A DNA stretch of 58,469 nt from assembly GCA_003551215.1 (NCBI GenBank), contig PUMD01000031.1:1-58469 (forward strand), written 5' to 3'. Positions 1-10,156 of the stretch are shown one piece after another. The notes beneath the pieces are model-generated. The model did no database searches and was not told the DNA's origin. It was given only the letters and a program-made list of their open reading frames with translations. This stretch comes from Clostridia bacterium. Lineage in GTDB: Bacteria; Bacillota; Sulfobacillia; SLMV01. Within the stretch, counting starts at the first letter, position 1; the number at the start of each line of letters is the position of its first letter. The translations under genes were made by a program, and so were the position numbers.

Positions 1-672
1 AATGTCCGCAAGGTTGGAAGGATCGGCAAAGGCCCGGAACCGTGTCCGCAGTGATCCAAAGGGTCGGCGCAGCGGCAGTCCGGTGCCTCGAACGGGGAGG
101 ATCCGAGGAAACACGGTCAGGTGACGGTGGCCGTAAATTCTCAGACTGCTTCTGAACCAGCCCAGCGGGTCGCATACAGTGACGTCAACTGGACCTAGAC
201 GATAATGACCGTTGTGGTTCAGCACAGTCTCCTGCCGTACCAGTCGGCTCTGCAGCGATGGTACGATGGTTGCCACATTCCATCTGCCTTCTTTTGGATC
301 ACTGCTTCCGGGTATCCTGCTACGCGCCCGCAGGTGAGCTATTGGTAGAAAACCTTCATTGTCAAAGCGCAGCGTGAGGGCTACGCTTTCGCCTCTGGTA
401 AGCTCGGTTCGGTCCGCTTCATAGATGCACTGCAGGTTTTTCCGCATTCCCCGGGTCCACAAAAAGCAGCATGCAGTCAGGACAAGGGTCACCCGCAGTA
501 GAAAATGCAGAAATGACCCTCCGGTTATGCGAGCTGAAAGGTACAGAAACACAAGCAGCACAAGCGGGGTTTTGTCTGCCAGTCGGACAGAAACAGTCTC
601 CTCGTACCATTCGCGCATACCATCAAGCAGCGATGATGAAACCTCATTTGCCCCCCGCTGTGTTGAATTCAT
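1..672 (-). CDS. DUF58 domain-containing protein, truncated by the window edge
   Basis: Manual translation of the minus strand from the ATG at 672 gives MNSTQRG...TPLVLLVFLYLSARITGGSFLHFLLRVTLVLTACCFLW...ELTRGESVALTLRFDNEGFLP...DPLGWF...LTVFPRI, open to the edge. It has an N-terminal TM pair plus an Ig-like segment and lies directly downstream of a MoxR ATPase, the usual DUF58 context. It is absent from the ORF track. Confidence 0.8.
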   Translation of the reverse strand, partial: MNSTQRGANEVSSSLLDGMREWYEETVSVRLADKTPLVLLVFLYLSARITGGSFLHFLLRVTLVLTACCFLWTRGMRKNLQCIYEADRTELTRGESVALTLRFDNEGFLPIAHLRARSRIPGSSDPKEGRWNVATIVPSLQSRLVRQETVLNHNGHYRLGPVDVTVCDPLGWFRSSLRIYGHRHLTVFPRILPVRGTGLPLRRPFGSLRTRFRAFADPSNLADI

Positions 673-757
673 ATTGCCTACCCGGCTGCCTATTGCTGCA
701 GCCTGAGACTTGACCTCCCTTCAGAATCCATGCGCTAACCAGGGGTTTAATGGACGC

Positions 758-1720
758 TCAGCTCAACTGCGCCCCGGGAACCTGAAGCCTGTTCAGTATC
801 GAACCTATTATCTCATCCGGGGAGTGTTCCTCCCACCTTGCTTCTGGTGTAAGGATCAGTCGATGACGGAGCACGTCAGGTGCCATTTCTTTTACATGAT
901 CAGGAAGAAGGTAGTCATCTCCCTGATACAGGGCAAGAGCCTGAGACAGTTTGAGCAAAGTCAGCGAAGCCCTGGGGCTTGCTCCCAGGTAGATGTTATC
1001 CTGATTTCGCGTGGCCTGGGTTATCTTCACCACATATTCGAGTACTGCATCCGAGACGTGAACCTGTTCAACCGAGGATCTCAGCTGCAAAACTTCCTTC
1101 CGTTCAGCTGCCGGCGTCAGTTGATCCAGGGGGTCGGCTCCCCTGCGGACGCGCAGCATCTCCTCTTCCTGGCTGGCCGTAGGATATCCCATCTGCAGCG
1201 ACAGGGCAAATCGGTCCAGCTGTGCTTCCGGCAGGGGGAAGGTGCCCTCGTATTCTATTGGGTTTTGTGTTGCCATCACTAAAAAAGGTTCCGGTAGAGG
1301 ATAGCTTACACCGTCGACTGTGACTTGACCTTCCTGCATGCACTCCAGCAGACTCGACTGGGTCTTGGGTGAAGCCCGGTTAATTTCATCGGCCAGTATG
1401 ACATTGTGAAAAACAGGTCCCTCGCGAAAGCGGAACTCAGAAGAATCGGTGTCCAAAACAGAGGTTCCGGTTATATCCGCAGGCAGCAGATCGGGAGTAA
1501 ACTGTATCCTGCGAAACTGCAGGTCAGTTGATCGAGCCAGAGCCTTGATAAGGGTAGTCTTTCCCACACCGGGAACATCTTCCACCAGCACGTGCCTGCC
1601 TGTGGCCAATGCCAAAACCAGATTTCGTATAACCGACGTCTTGCCGACTATTACCCGGCCTATGTTGTCAACCAGGCTGCGCATAGTTTTGCTGCTTTTA
1701 TGATTTGCTGACAGGGGCAA
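758..1720 (-). CDS. MoxR family AAA+ ATPase
   Basis: EDVPGVGKT, RIQFTPDLLPADITG, LADEINRASPKTQSSLLE and ATQNPIEYEGTFPLPEAQLDRF motifs. Start is uncertain (TTG at 1720 after GAAAGGAG, or ATG at 1684). Confidence 0.95.
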   Translation of the reverse strand: MPLSANHKSSKTMRSLVDNIGRVIVGKTSVIRNLVLALATGRHVLVEDVPGVGKTTLIKALARSTDLQFRRIQFTPDLLPADITGTSVLDTDSSEFRFREGPVFHNVILADEINRASPKTQSSLLECMQEGQVTVDGVSYPLPEPFLVMATQNPIEYEGTFPLPEAQLDRFALSLQMGYPTASQEEEMLRVRRGADPLDQLTPAAERKEVLQLRSSVEQVHVSDAVLEYVVKITQATRNQDNIYLGASPRASLTLLKLSQALALYQGDDYLLPDHVKEMAPDVLRHRLILTPEARWEEHSPDEIIGSILNRLQVPGAQLS

Positions 1721-2023
1721 CTCTCCTTTCCCGTTTTGCTTATTTTTGCAGTATTCTGTTTTGCTCTCAGTTACATATTCCTCAAGACTGTGAGTGTTCC
1801 TTCCGCACATAAAGAGGTGAAAATGGTTTCTGGTGGGAAAGCATAGGCAGAAGCCGATTCTTACACCCTAAGGCAGAATGCAAGCCTTGCGAGATAATAA
1901 ACCTTTGACCGTAGTATGTGCCCTGCATTCTCAGTTGTCAAATACAACCTGCCCTTTGTTATCATCCCGGTTCAATATACACTATGAACAACGAATACTG
2001 ATTTGAAAGAGAGGGGATAGGTC

Positions 2024-3205
2024 ATGGTCTCAGAGAGACTGAAAGCGGTAACTCCCTCGGTTACGCTGGCCATCAATTCACGGGTTCAGGAACTGGAGGC
2101 GGAAGGTAAAGACATAGTCAAGTTTGGGGTGGGTGAACCGGATTACCCCACGCCTGAACACATAAAGGAAGCAGCACGCAAGGCGATAGCACAAGACAAG
2201 ACCCGCTATACTCCGGCGGCCGGGATCCCCCAGCTGCGCGAGGCAGTCGTGGAGAAATTCTCCGAGGAAAACAACCTTCATTATAAAGTATCACAGGTAA
2301 TGGTGTCGGTAGGGGCCAAACAGGCAATTTACAACTCGCTTATGGCGCTGGTAAATCCCGGTGATGAAGTCATTGTTATTGCTCCCTACTGGGTAAGTTA
2401 CCCGGAGCAGGTCAAATTGGCCGGTGGAGTACCGGTTGTGGTTCAGACTACTGAGGATACGAACTTCAAAGTTACCCCGGAAGCCCTGCGCGATGCGATC
2501 TCTCCGCGGACCAGGGCCTTGATCTTGAATACGCCGAATAACCCTACCGGAATAGTCTACTCCTCAGAAGAACTGGCAGCCCTTGGCCAGGTAATGCTCG
2601 AGCATGATATCTGGGCCATATGCGATGATATTTATGAATCACTGGTCTATGACAAAGCTTTACATACGAGCCTGCCCACCGCCTGCCCGGATATGTTTGC
2701 GCGGAGCATCGTGATAAACGGAGTCTCCAAAGCTTATGCTATGACCGGATGGCGCATTGGTTATGCCGGGGGACCCGAGGAGATCATAAGTGCCATGTCC
2801 AGCTGTCAGGGACACGCCACCAGTAACCCAACATCCGTCTCACAGTGGGCAGCCCTGGCCGCTCTGCAGGGGCCCAAAGGGGAAGTCAGAGAGATGGTGC
2901 AGGATTACGGTCAGCGGCGGGACTACATGGCCGAGAGACTGCAGAATATAGCAGGGTTTGAATTTACCAAGCCCAGGGGTGCCTTTTACCTCTTCCCCAA
3001 TGTCAGCGAGCTCATAGGACGCAGCATAAACGGAACAAAGGTCACCGACGTAGAAGTGCTGGCGAAGATCCTCTTGGAAGAGGCACATGTTGCCCTCGTT
3101 CCCGGGAGCGGTTTTGGTGCTCCAGAGAACCTGAGGTTTTCTTATTCAGCAGCCATGGACCGCATAGAAGAGGGAATGGACCGGCTGCAGCAAGCCCTGG
3201 ACTGA
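2024..3205 (+). CDS. aspB: PLP-dependent class I/II aminotransferase (aspartate aminotransferase-like)
   Basis: GEPDYPTP, NTPNNPTG, DDIY and SKAYAMTGWRIGY motifs; RBS GAGGGG upstream. Confidence 0.9.
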   Translation: MVSERLKAVTPSVTLAINSRVQELEAEGKDIVKFGVGEPDYPTPEHIKEAARKAIAQDKTRYTPAAGIPQLREAVVEKFSEENNLHYKVSQVMVSVGAKQAIYNSLMALVNPGDEVIVIAPYWVSYPEQVKLAGGVPVVVQTTEDTNFKVTPEALRDAISPRTRALILNTPNNPTGIVYSSEELAALGQVMLEHDIWAICDDIYESLVYDKALHTSLPTACPDMFARSIVINGVSKAYAMTGWRIGYAGGPEEIISAMSSCQGHATSNPTSVSQWAALAALQGPKGEVREMVQDYGQRRDYMAERLQNIAGFEFTKPRGAFYLFPNVSELIGRSINGTKVTDVEVLAKILLEEAHVALVPGSGFGAPENLRFSYSAAMDRIEEGMDRLQQALD

Positions 3206-3277
3206 AGTTGAAGGTAGAGGTATGTGAGGCGCTGCGGGATGCTCATCCCGCAGCGTCCTGCAAGGGAGAGAGGTTCA

Positions 3278-4765
3278 GTGAGTTTCTCTAGCACAGGATC
3301 AAGTCAGCCTGAGGCCGGGCAGCGGGCAGCCGTGCTGGGCCTGGGGGTAAGCAACCGCGCACTGGCCGGTTACCTGCTGGATGTGGGGCTTGAGGTGTGG
3401 GTGTACGACCAGCAGGCCTCCAGGCATCTTGGCGCTCGCTGGACTGAGATTGCTGACCGAGTAAAAGAATCTGCTTTTGGTGAACAGTATCTTGATGAGT
3501 TCTCACAAGACAGCCGGGATTTTGGTTTCGACTGGGTGTTTGCCACCCCAGGTATGCCCAAAGACCTCCCTCAGATAAGGCAAGCCAGACGCCAGGGGGC
3601 GAACATATCCAGCGAGCTTGCTCTGTTTATGCAGCAGTGCCCGGCCATAATGGTGGGGATAACTGGCAGCTCTGGAAAAACCACGACTACTGCCATGGTG
3701 GGAGATATGCTGCGGGCCGGATTGGACACCAGGGTGTGGGTGGGAGGCAACATAGGGACCACTCTGATCGACCGTCTTGCGGACATATCCCCCGACGATG
3801 TGGTGGTGCTGGAGATATCGAGTTTTCAGCTGGAGCTGGCCACCAGGACCACTGAATACGGCGCTATCCTGAACATAAGCCCCAACCATCTGGATGTCCA
3901 CGGGGACATGGACAGCTACGTGCAGGCCAAAAGCCGACTGCTGATCTGCCAGCCGCCCGGAAGTCTTGCTGTGCTTAACTGGGATTGTGAGCGTACCAGA
4001 CAGCTGTCGTCTCTGGCCCGGGGACGGCTCGCGTACTATTCCATGCAACAGGCTCCTGAATCCTGGGACTCCAGCAGGCCGGGGGAGCTGGCGGGATGGC
4101 AACAGGACGGACATTTGTGGGTGAAACGAAACGGCGAGGTGGTGCGTCTTTGCTCCTGCAGGGATATTCCCCTGCGCGGTCCTCATAATGTGGCAAACAC
4201 TTTGATAGCCGGGCTGGTGAGCTCGGCAGTCGGAGGAAGCATCGAGGGCATGCGGGAGGCTATTTCTGCTTTTTGTGCTGTTCCCCACCGTCTCGAAGAG
4301 GTAACCTGTCGCGACGGTGTTCTTTTCATAAATGATTCCATAGCCACTTCTCCGGACCGCACAGCTGCCGCCCTGGACAGCTTCGACCGCCCCTTGATAT
4401 TGATTATGGGCGGGTACGACAAGGGGATATCATTTGCAGGGCTGGCTGAGAAGCTGGTAAAAGATGCTGCCCATGAGCAGATCAGGGCAGTTGTTCTCAC
4501 AGGAGCAACCTCTTGTGAAATACAAAAGAACCTGTTAGATGCGGCATCTAAGGCAGACGGTTTCAGCTGGGTCGAGGAAGAAAATCCAGAAACGAATTCG
4601 GCGGTGCTGCGCGTTGAATCCGAGTTCGAAAGGGCAGTACGGCTGGCAGGTGACCTTGCCCGCAGAGGCGATATCGTGCTGCTTTCTCCCGCCTGTGCCA
4701 GCTTTGATCAGTTTGATAATTTTATCACAAGAGGACGCAACTTCCGCGATATAGTAACGGGCTGA
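3278..4765 (+). CDS. murD: UDP-N-acetylmuramoyl-L-alanine--D-glutamate ligase
   Basis: GLGVSN, GITGSSGKTTTT, GGNIG, LEISSFQL, NISPNHLD, HRLE, NDSIAT and LLSPACASFDQF motifs; the GTG start at 3278 follows GGAGAGAGG. Confidence 0.93.
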   Translation: MSFSSTGSSQPEAGQRAAVLGLGVSNRALAGYLLDVGLEVWVYDQQASRHLGARWTEIADRVKESAFGEQYLDEFSQDSRDFGFDWVFATPGMPKDLPQIRQARRQGANISSELALFMQQCPAIMVGITGSSGKTTTTAMVGDMLRAGLDTRVWVGGNIGTTLIDRLADISPDDVVVLEISSFQLELATRTTEYGAILNISPNHLDVHGDMDSYVQAKSRLLICQPPGSLAVLNWDCERTRQLSSLARGRLAYYSMQQAPESWDSSRPGELAGWQQDGHLWVKRNGEVVRLCSCRDIPLRGPHNVANTLIAGLVSSAVGGSIEGMREAISAFCAVPHRLEEVTCRDGVLFINDSIATSPDRTAAALDSFDRPLILIMGGYDKGISFAGLAEKLVKDAAHEQIRAVVLTGATSCEIQKNLLDAASKADGFSWVEEENPETNSAVLRVESEFERAVRLAGDLARRGDIVLLSPACASFDQFDNFITRGRNFRDIVTG

Positions 4766-4829
4766 CCTGACAGCCCGGGGCGACCAAGCAGTATTCGATG
4801 CCACTTCTTTACCCGTTCCATCCAACAAC

Positions 4830-4855
4830 AGGAAAAGTGTTTATAGAAGTAGAAT
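4830..4855 (+). promoter_or_regulatory. Putative sigma-H-type promoter of the GlmL-like operon
   Basis: AGGA(4830)-N18-GAAT(4852) matches the Firmicutes sigma-H consensus, about 90 nt upstream of the start at 4944. Confidence 0.4.
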
Positions 4856-4943
4856 ACAATAGTTGCCAGCTGCGTGAGTCGGCAGCTTCAAAAAGGACCC
4901 GGATGATGACTCAACCGGTCGCTTCCGTGGAGGTAGTTAATTC

Positions 4944-6743
4944 ATGCACAATGTCCAGCTTTTGGCACTCGACATAGGCAGCACGACAACCAAGGCCAGA
5001 CTGTTTTGTGTAGATGAGTCAGGAGGGAAGCTGATTGCCGCTGCCGATAGTCCAACAACCGTGGAAGCACCGGAAGAGGACGTAATGGTGGGGGTCATCA
5101 AAGCGGTTGAGTCGATGCAGAGGAAGGCGCCGGGGTCTTTGCTGACTGAGGATGGCGAGATTGCCCGCGGCCCGGATGCAGTAAAGATGCTGACTGCTTC
5201 CTCAAGTGCCGGAGGAGGGCTGCAGGTGCTGGTCACAGGCGTCTGGCGCAAGATGACGGCAGAAAGCGCCCAGAGGGCGGTTCTTGGTGCGGGAGGGGTG
5301 GTTCTTGACGTCCATCACGTCAATGACGGTCGACTATCATCAGAGCGGGTCAAACAGATTCGGGCTGCCAGACCGGATATGATACTGATGACCGGCGGGA
5401 CCGAGGGCGGACAGGTCAGTCAACTGGTAGCCATGGCGGAATGGCTAAGAAGCGCCGACCCACGTCCTCGCTACGGTGACCAGTCACGAATTCCGCTCCT
5501 TTATGCCGGCAACAGCCAGGCACTACCCCTGGTGAGAAAGGCTTTGCAGGACAGCGTCCAGCTGTACGTTTGCGAGAACGTAAGGCCCAAGCCCGGTGAG
5601 GAAAATCTCGAGCCGGTCCGGGACCGCATTCAGCAGTTGTTCATGGAACACGTGATGAGTCACGCTCCCGGATACACCGGGGTGTTGCAGAGGGTTGACG
5701 GTCCGATCCTGCCGACGCCGGGAGCCTTCGGAATCATGATAAAGCAGCTGGCTGAGAAGCTTCGGGCTGATGTGCTCGGGGTCGACATAGGCGGAGCCAC
5801 TACCGACATCTTTTCAGTGATTGGAGGCAAGCTGAACCGTACAGTCAGTGCCAGCCTGGGCATGAGCTACAGCATCTCAAACGTGATCTCGTCTGCTGGA
5901 GAGGAGAACATCGCCCGCTGGCTGCCTTTTGACGTATCCCCGGGTATGCTGCGGGAGTGGGCGGTCAGCAAGATGATAAGGCCCACCACGCTGCCGCAGA
6001 CGCCGTCTGACCTTCTGGTGGAGCATGCTGCAGCCCGGGAGGCGATCCGGCTGGCGCTGCAGCATCACCGCAGGCTGGTGGGTGAGCTCAAGGGGAAAAG
6101 GCGCCCACCTGTTGCCGGCTTACTGAAGGAGCCAACAGCTAGGTCAGAGTTGAGCCTGCCGGATGTGGAGGCAATCATCGCAAGCGGGGGTGTTCTGTCG
6201 CACGCGGGAGATGCACGGAGAGCAATGGGAATGGTGGTTGATGCTCTCTCGCCGGAGGGGCTGACCCGTGTGCTGCTGGACCGGGGGTTCATGATGCCTC
6301 ACCTGGGTGCAATAGCGGACATGGATGAAGATGCCGCTTTGAAGCTGGTCCCACAGGTTCTGGTCAGTGCTGGCTGGTGTCTTTCCCCGACCAAAAATGA
6401 CGCCGCCCCGGGCGAAGTACTGGGAGACGTTCATCTGAGGGGAGAGGGATTTTCCGTCTGCCAGCCGGTTCGCTGCGGTGAGATGAGCATGGTGCAGCTG
6501 CCGTATGGGGTAGTTATCGAGGTCAGCATTGAAGATGGTTCCCGGGTTGACTGGGGGATTCGCGAAGCCCAAGCCACATTGGAATCGCGGAATAAGGGAG
6601 AAGTCCTGCTGCTTGACGGCAGAAAACGGCCGGTGGGAGAGCATATGGGTAACCCACCCCGTCCCGTGCAGCAGGTGAGCCCCTTTGGCTACAATGCAGA
6701 GGTTCTCGAGAACCTGCGGACGGGAGGGGTTTGGGGTGAGTAG
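4944..6743 (+). CDS. Glutamate mutase L (GlmL/MutL)-like ASKHA-fold ATPase, long form
   Basis: Phosphate-1 DIGSTTTK, SSSAGGGL, RPDMILMTGGTEGG, YAGN, ENVRP, PTPGA, phosphate-2 GVDIGGATTDIFS and RTVSASLGMSYS motifs; RBS GGAGGT. Confidence 0.85.
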   Translation: MHNVQLLALDIGSTTTKARLFCVDESGGKLIAAADSPTTVEAPEEDVMVGVIKAVESMQRKAPGSLLTEDGEIARGPDAVKMLTASSSAGGGLQVLVTGVWRKMTAESAQRAVLGAGGVVLDVHHVNDGRLSSERVKQIRAARPDMILMTGGTEGGQVSQLVAMAEWLRSADPRPRYGDQSRIPLLYAGNSQALPLVRKALQDSVQLYVCENVRPKPGEENLEPVRDRIQQLFMEHVMSHAPGYTGVLQRVDGPILPTPGAFGIMIKQLAEKLRADVLGVDIGGATTDIFSVIGGKLNRTVSASLGMSYSISNVISSAGEENIARWLPFDVSPGMLREWAVSKMIRPTTLPQTPSDLLVEHAAAREAIRLALQHHRRLVGELKGKRRPPVAGLLKEPTARSELSLPDVEAIIASGGVLSHAGDARRAMGMVVDALSPEGLTRVLLDRGFMMPHLGAIADMDEDAALKLVPQVLVSAGWCLSPTKNDAAPGEVLGDVHLRGEGFSVCQPVRCGEMSMVQLPYGVVIEVSIEDGSRVDWGIREAQATLESRNKGEVLLLDGRKRPVGEHMGNPPRPVQQVSPFGYNAEVLENLRTGGVWGE

Positions 6744-8088
6744 GACTGCGGAGCAGCACTGGAGGTTGCAGCAGAATGTGACTCTGAGGAGGCGTCGTGC
6801 TGCATCTCTTCCCGGACGGGTAATGGTGCAGGAAGGTGACCTGGTGGAGGCTGGTCAGGAGATAGTCCGCGTGCGTGAGATGTTCAGCGTGCCGCACCTG
6901 GTCAATGTTGCCCGTAGAGTCGAAGAAAGACCGTCCCGCCTAAGCCAGGAAGACTACAATGTCAAAGAGGGGGATCGGGTGAGGGCCGGCGAAACGCTGC
7001 TGGAAGTGAAACGTTCAACCCTGATGGTTTTCCGCAGCATAAGGCGGGCCAAATCTCCCGTAGCCGGTGTGGTAGAGTCCATATATCGGGAGCTGGGTCT
7101 GGTTCTGATCCGGGAAGACAGAAAGCAGGAGACAGCATCGGTCACGCTGGACATAGCAGAAAGGATAGGCTGTTCTGGTGACGACATCACCGACTATCTG
7201 CGAGTAGAGGAAGGTGAGGAGGTGCAGCAGGGACAAATCATCGCTGTCGATCAGGGAGATGTGAGAAGATCTGTTCTCGCTCCTTACGACGGGCAAATTG
7301 GCCGCATCGACCGTCTCAAGGGTGCAGTCGTGCTGCAGCGAAGTGTAACGGGGTTTTCTGTTGATGCTTTTGTGCCCGGTCGTGTTGCTGAAGTGATTCC
7401 CAAAAGAGGTGCGGTAATCGAGTCGCAGATGAATCGCATCTGCGGAATCTACGGTATAGGGGGGGAATGCAGGGGAACGCTGCGGGTGCTCGGTCACGGC
7501 AGTATCGCGTCCAGACTCGACAAATCAATGCATGGTCTGGTGCTGGTGACGGAAGACATAGTAACTGCGGATTTCATCTTTGAGGCCCGGCAGTGCGGAG
7601 TCACGGCTATCATAGCCGCAGGCATGAGAGTAGATTGCCTGTACGATGTGGCCGGCGGTACTCCGGATGTCACCATAGACAGCCCGCACCTGCCTGGCCC
7701 CACAGTGGTACTGACCGAGGGTTTTGGAGAACAACTCAGGATGGACGGCAGGATTTATGCCATGCTCTCGAAATTTGATGGAGAGCAAGCATATCTTGAT
7801 GGTACCACGCAGATCAGGGCTGGAGTGGTAAGACCGGAAATCCTTCTGCCCGCTGAGGACGATTGCACTGGGGAAGGTGCCCTCCGCAAAGCACAGGGAG
7901 AGTTGAAGTCAGGAGACAGGGTGGTTGTTCTTCGTGGTCCTCAGTTCATGCGCAGAGGGATCATCATCAGGGTGTTGCACCGGAACGTTCAGCTGGGCTT
8001 CGGAATATCCGGCCCTGCCGCCAGGGTTCGGCTTGATGGCGGAGGAGAGGTGGTTGCACTGCAAGCCAACCTGGAGCGCGAGGTATGA
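6736..8088 (+). CDS. Hypothetical partner of the GlmL-like ATPase with repeated biotinyl/lipoyl-like barrel-sandwich motifs and a C-terminal KOW-like motif
   Basis: Repeats VQEGDLVEAGQEI, VKEGDRVRAGETL and VEEGEEVQQGQII, with SPVAGVV, APYDGQI and AFVPGRV; also LTEGFG, GTTQIRAGVVRPEI and the KOW-like GDRVVVLRGP. The GTG start overlaps the end of the upstream gene. Confidence 0.8.
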   Translation: MSRTAEQHWRLQQNVTLRRRRAASLPGRVMVQEGDLVEAGQEIVRVREMFSVPHLVNVARRVEERPSRLSQEDYNVKEGDRVRAGETLLEVKRSTLMVFRSIRRAKSPVAGVVESIYRELGLVLIREDRKQETASVTLDIAERIGCSGDDITDYLRVEEGEEVQQGQIIAVDQGDVRRSVLAPYDGQIGRIDRLKGAVVLQRSVTGFSVDAFVPGRVAEVIPKRGAVIESQMNRICGIYGIGGECRGTLRVLGHGSIASRLDKSMHGLVLVTEDIVTADFIFEARQCGVTAIIAAGMRVDCLYDVAGGTPDVTIDSPHLPGPTVVLTEGFGEQLRMDGRIYAMLSKFDGEQAYLDGTTQIRAGVVRPEILLPAEDDCTGEGALRKAQGELKSGDRVVVLRGPQFMRRGIIIRVLHRNVQLGFGISGPAARVRLDGGGEVVALQANLEREV

Positions 8089-8097
8089 ACGCCCGGC

Positions 8098-8730
8098 TCA
8101 ATCTCCCGGCAGGTGATCCGTGTAATTGAGAGAAGAAATCTGCCACCCGCGGGAAGTCAGTCTGACCACACTCAGTGACCCGTTGGCAATGTCCATTCGC
8201 CATTTCTCCTTCAGCGGCGCAGATAAGATCCAGCTCAGAAGAGACTTGATTGTTCCTCCGTGACTCACCACAACAACCGACTGGTTGGGGTGACGACGGG
8301 CTATATGCCTCAGACCATCTGCGGCCCGCTTCTGCACAGCGGTGGTGGGTTCGCCTCCCGGCGGGAGGCATTCTCTTCCGCTGGTGCGTTCCTGGTGGTA
8401 GTCGGGAAGCCTCTCAGCAGCTTCCTCCCAGGTGAGACCGGCCAGTTTGCCCAGGTCAACCTCAAGCCAACGCTCATCCCGTACAAGTGGTATTTCGAGC
8501 CTGCTTGCGGCAGGGCGGGCAGTATCCAGTGCTCGTGACAGCGGACTGCTGTATATGCATACAGGATTCCAGCGATGCAATGCAGAAGCCAGGGACCGTG
8601 CCTGGCTGACTCCTTGCTCGTCAAGAGGTACATCCTTCTGTCCCATAAAGCGGCCGGATGCGTTAAAATCTGTGCGTCCGTGGCGAATCAGCAGTATCGT
8701 GATCAACTGGTTTTGGCGTTCTTCGCTCAT
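8098..8730 (-). CDS. Histidine phosphatase (phosphoglycerate mutase / CobC / PhoE family)
   Basis: LIRHGRT, YSSPLSRA, EVDLG and VVSHGG motifs. Confidence 0.92.
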   Translation of the reverse strand: MSEERQNQLITILLIRHGRTDFNASGRFMGQKDVPLDEQGVSQARSLASALHRWNPVCIYSSPLSRALDTARPAASRLEIPLVRDERWLEVDLGKLAGLTWEEAAERLPDYHQERTSGRECLPPGGEPTTAVQKRAADGLRHIARRHPNQSVVVVSHGGTIKSLLSWILSAPLKEKWRMDIANGSLSVVRLTSRGWQISSLNYTDHLPGD

Positions 8731-9437
8731 GCAGTACCCCTTTTTGTGTATTTGGTTCCGCACAGCCTGAGACGAAAGCCGGCGTTCCAGACAGATGACA
8801 AAAACATGGAAATCACCTGAAAAACATGACGCATGGGCCCGATCTGAGTAGCCAGATGTCGGCTGCCTGACCCCAGGTTGCTGGACAATGTCCTCCAGGT
8901 TCGCTTCATCGAAAGCCTGATGCTGCTGATGTGAGATGTTTTTTATCCGTCAGCCCGTTGGGTTGTTCCTCGCTGTGAGTCCTGTATGGCCTTGTCATTT
9001 ATCTCTTCATCTTCTGTCAGAAAGGTTTACCGACAAAGCGCACAGTGTTGGATTGTGCCTACCGCCAGAGTGAGTCTAGAGGGCAACGAGAGGGCCACAA
9101 CGAAACAGCCCGCTGAATGCTGCAGACGGAGGAACAACTGGTCGTTGGTCTATGCAGTGTGATATGTGTGCTGCCCCTGCCCTTGTTCTCCTTTTTGATC
9201 TTATGTTTTCGGTGTTCGAAATATGGATTTGGCCAAGAGTATGATCTGGCAGGCCATTTATGAACATATCTTTTGCGAAACAGTGCGGTTTTCCTCCCCT
9301 GCTGCATGCTGTAAGGAGGAGTCTGCAGGCTCCTGCAAGAAGTGAAGTTTGCAAAAGGAAGGGAAATCCTTTATGGTGACATGTTTGACAATCGGACAGA
9401 CAGCTGTCAAAATACAGGATTCGGGAGGCGAAATCAA

Positions 9438-10121
9438 TTGGAGCTGACCAGAACTGGCCTGCAGGACATTGCCCAGGAACTGAAGAATCATTACAATCAG
9501 GTGTCCGTTTACCGGGAAGATCCCCCAGCATCTGCCTTGCCTGACAGCGTCCTGGGTGTGCTTGTCAGCACAGTTTTGTCGCAGGCCAGCAATGACATTC
9601 GCACAAAGCAAATATATCTGCAGCTGCGCGCTCAATATCCCGCCTGGGAGCAGCTCGCAGATGAGGATGAGGCAGAGATCAGGCAGGTGCTCAAAAAAGG
9701 AGGCCTGTCCAGACAGAAGGCCGGCTACATCAAGGAAATTCTGCGGAGACTGAAAGACCGCTTCGGGGAATACTCGCTGGATGTTTTGCAGGATTGGGAT
9801 GATGAAGGGTGCTACAGCTACCTGACTGACCTTCCCGGAGTGGGACCTAAGACTGCTGCCTGCGTAATGCTCTTTGGTCTTGGACGTGATGTGTTGCCGG
9901 TGGATACTCATGTGGCGAGGATAAGCCGTAGGCTCGGTCTGGTAAGCGAAGGGGCAGCCCCGCAGCAGATTCAAAAGGAGCTGGCAGACTTCGTTCCCTG
10001 TGGATGGAGCCTGTCGCTTCACCTCGATATGCTTCACCACGGACGCAGCGTGTGCACAGCAATGAACCCAATGTGCGAGGAGTGTATCCTGGAGAGATGG
10101 TGCGACAAGCAGGGAGTCTGA
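9438..10121 (+). CDS. nth: Endonuclease III (HhH-GPD DNA glycosylase with a 4Fe-4S cluster)
   Basis: VLSQ, LPGVGPKTA (HhH), PVDTHV and the C-X6-C-X2-C-X5-C motif CTAMNPMCEECILERWC; the TTG start follows GGAGG. Confidence 0.85.
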   Translation: MELTRTGLQDIAQELKNHYNQVSVYREDPPASALPDSVLGVLVSTVLSQASNDIRTKQIYLQLRAQYPAWEQLADEDEAEIRQVLKKGGLSRQKAGYIKEILRRLKDRFGEYSLDVLQDWDDEGCYSYLTDLPGVGPKTAACVMLFGLGRDVLPVDTHVARISRRLGLVSEGAAPQQIQKELADFVPCGWSLSLHLDMLHHGRSVCTAMNPMCEECILERWCDKQGV

Positions 10122-10156
10122 GGCCTGCGATGCGTTCCCTAGGAGGTGACGGCCTT

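Noticed and set aside
3278-4765. murD located outside the dcw cluster
   Set aside because: A separate murD is common in Clostridia-like genomes, so it is not notable.
8770-9430. Long intergenic region with a possible 48-aa hydrophobic ORF from ATG 9117 and small hairpins
   Set aside because: No RBS in front of that ATG and no RNA family recognised; left unresolved.
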